From Candidatus Gygaella obscura (GTDB lineage: Bacteria; Omnitrophota; Gorgyraeia; Gygaellales; Gygaellaceae), in assembly GCA_030765485.1 (NCBI GenBank), contig JAVCCR010000003.1, forward strand, positions 4,653-68,652: 64,000 bases of DNA, read 5' to 3'. A model generated the notes under the pieces. It worked only from the letters and a program-made list of their open reading frames with translations. It searched no databases and was not told the origin of the DNA. Position 1 is the first letter of the stretch; the number at the start of each line of letters is the position of its first letter. The translations under genes and the position numbers were made by a program. This document shows positions 63,193 through 64,000 of the stretch, piece by piece.

Positions 63193-64000
63193 ATGCTTTC
63201 CATAGGTAACCTTAAATTAAAGTCTAATCTTATTCTTTCTCCTTTGGCTGGTATAAGCGATTTGCCTTTTCGTATGATTAACCGTAAATTCGGCTGTCAT
63301 CTTGCTTTTGTAGAGATGATCAATGTCCGTTCTTTAAGCCACAAGAGTAAAAAAACCAAAAGAATGCTCTCTACCTTAAAGGCCGATAGCCCTTTAGGGG
63401 TGCAGCTTTTGGGGTTTGAAGAAGATTTTATAAAAAAAGCAATAGATATATTGCAGTATTATAGATTTAATGTTTTGGATTTTAACTGTGCCTGCCCTGA
63501 AAAAAAAGTCGTACGCCGCGGTGAAGGAGCAGCTCTTTTAAAAGACCCAAAAAAGATACAAAGGATATTAAAGATTATGGTTAAACGAAGTAATCGGCCA
63601 GTGACTGTTAAAATAAGAATCGGTTTTAACAGCGAATCAGTGAATGCAAAAGAAGTGGCTCTTTGTGCCCAGGATGCAGGAGTAAAGGCTTTATTTATTC
63701 ATGGAAGAACGCGGGAACAGTTTTATAAGCCCGGAGTAGATTATGATACGATTAGAAGAGTAAAAGAAGCCTTGTCTATTCCTGTAATTGCAAGCGGGGA
63801 TATTTTTAGCGGCGCATTGGCTAAAAGAATGTTGGATGAGACCGGCTGTGATGGGTTGGCAGTTGCCAGGGGTAGCTTTGGGAATCCATGGATTTTTAAG
63901 GAGATTAAAGCATTTTTAAAGGGGAAATCAATTAAGAAACCGAATGCCAGACAGGTTTATAAGGTAATGCGACCACATTTTAAAAGCTGTGTTAAATTTT
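63193..64000 (+). CDS. tRNA-dihydrouridine synthase (Dus family), 3'-truncated by window end
   Basis: N-terminal Dus/TIM-barrel pattern (…LILSPLAGISDLPFR…, NCACP, …IRIG…) with the reading frame open to 64000. Confidence 0.8.
   Translation, partial: MLSIGNLKLKSNLILSPLAGISDLPFRMINRKFGCHLAFVEMINVRSLSHKSKKTKRMLSTLKADSPLGVQLLGFEEDFIKKAIDILQYYRFNVLDFNCACPEKKVVRRGEGAALLKDPKKIQRILKIMVKRSNRPVTVKIRIGFNSESVNAKEVALCAQDAGVKALFIHGRTREQFYKPGVDYDTIRRVKEALSIPVIASGDIFSGALAKRMLDETGCDGLAVARGSFGNPWIFKEIKAFLKGKSIKKPNARQVYKVMRPHFKSCVKF

Overview
This 64-kb window is AT-rich and gene-dense, and almost all genes lie on the + strand in long, overlapping operons. Outer-membrane and LPS genes (TolC-family protein, LptE-like lipoprotein, LpxL-like acyltransferase, HldD, Lnt, BamD-like TPR protein) point to a diderm bacterium, possibly from a poorly characterised lineage.

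The housekeeping backbone is purH (3' fragment), folC, mnmE, folE, dgkA, accA, leuS, comEA/comEC, rpsT, murJ, a UvrC-like gene, ogt, pilT, prfB (with its classical programmed +1 frameshift), secA, lnt, hldD, a UvrD-family helicase and a dus fragment. There are two tRNAs: Leu-CAA on the minus strand and Ala-GGC on the plus strand.

Five accessory modules stand out:
1. A MoxR-DUF58 locus whose third and fourth genes look like a split, remodelled TgpA. The transglutaminase core is missing; an N-terminal polytopic membrane domain is followed by a coiled coil of roughly 600 residues and a Big_2 domain, and a separate secreted protein carries five Big_2 repeats, a TM helix and a DUF4129-like tail.
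2. An approximately 11-kb, nine-gene co-directional operon (22367-33310). It joins a DHAP-shunt-like trio (nucleoside phosphorylase, MtnA/eIF2B-family isomerase, class II aldolase) with an embedded B12-binding radical SAM enzyme, a degenerate MtnA paralog, a C-terminal SCP2 lipid-binding fusion on the aldolase, and an MMPL exporter with LolA-like and beta-barrel partners. This is my top candidate for an undescribed system.
3. A marR-tolC-RND efflux operon with no periplasmic adaptor gene.
4. Two paralogous small two-TM proteins with a HAMP-like tail, each flanking an exporter locus.
5. A translationally coupled PilZ and spermidine-synthase-like polytopic membrane protein pair.

Smaller points: a purine-permease gene remnant, a 28-codon basic small ORF with a strong SD, clear sigma70 promoters with inverted or tandem-repeat operators, and two rho-independent terminators. 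No CRISPR array, rRNA or recognisable transposase was seen.

All calls rest on reading motifs by eye, with no database searches.
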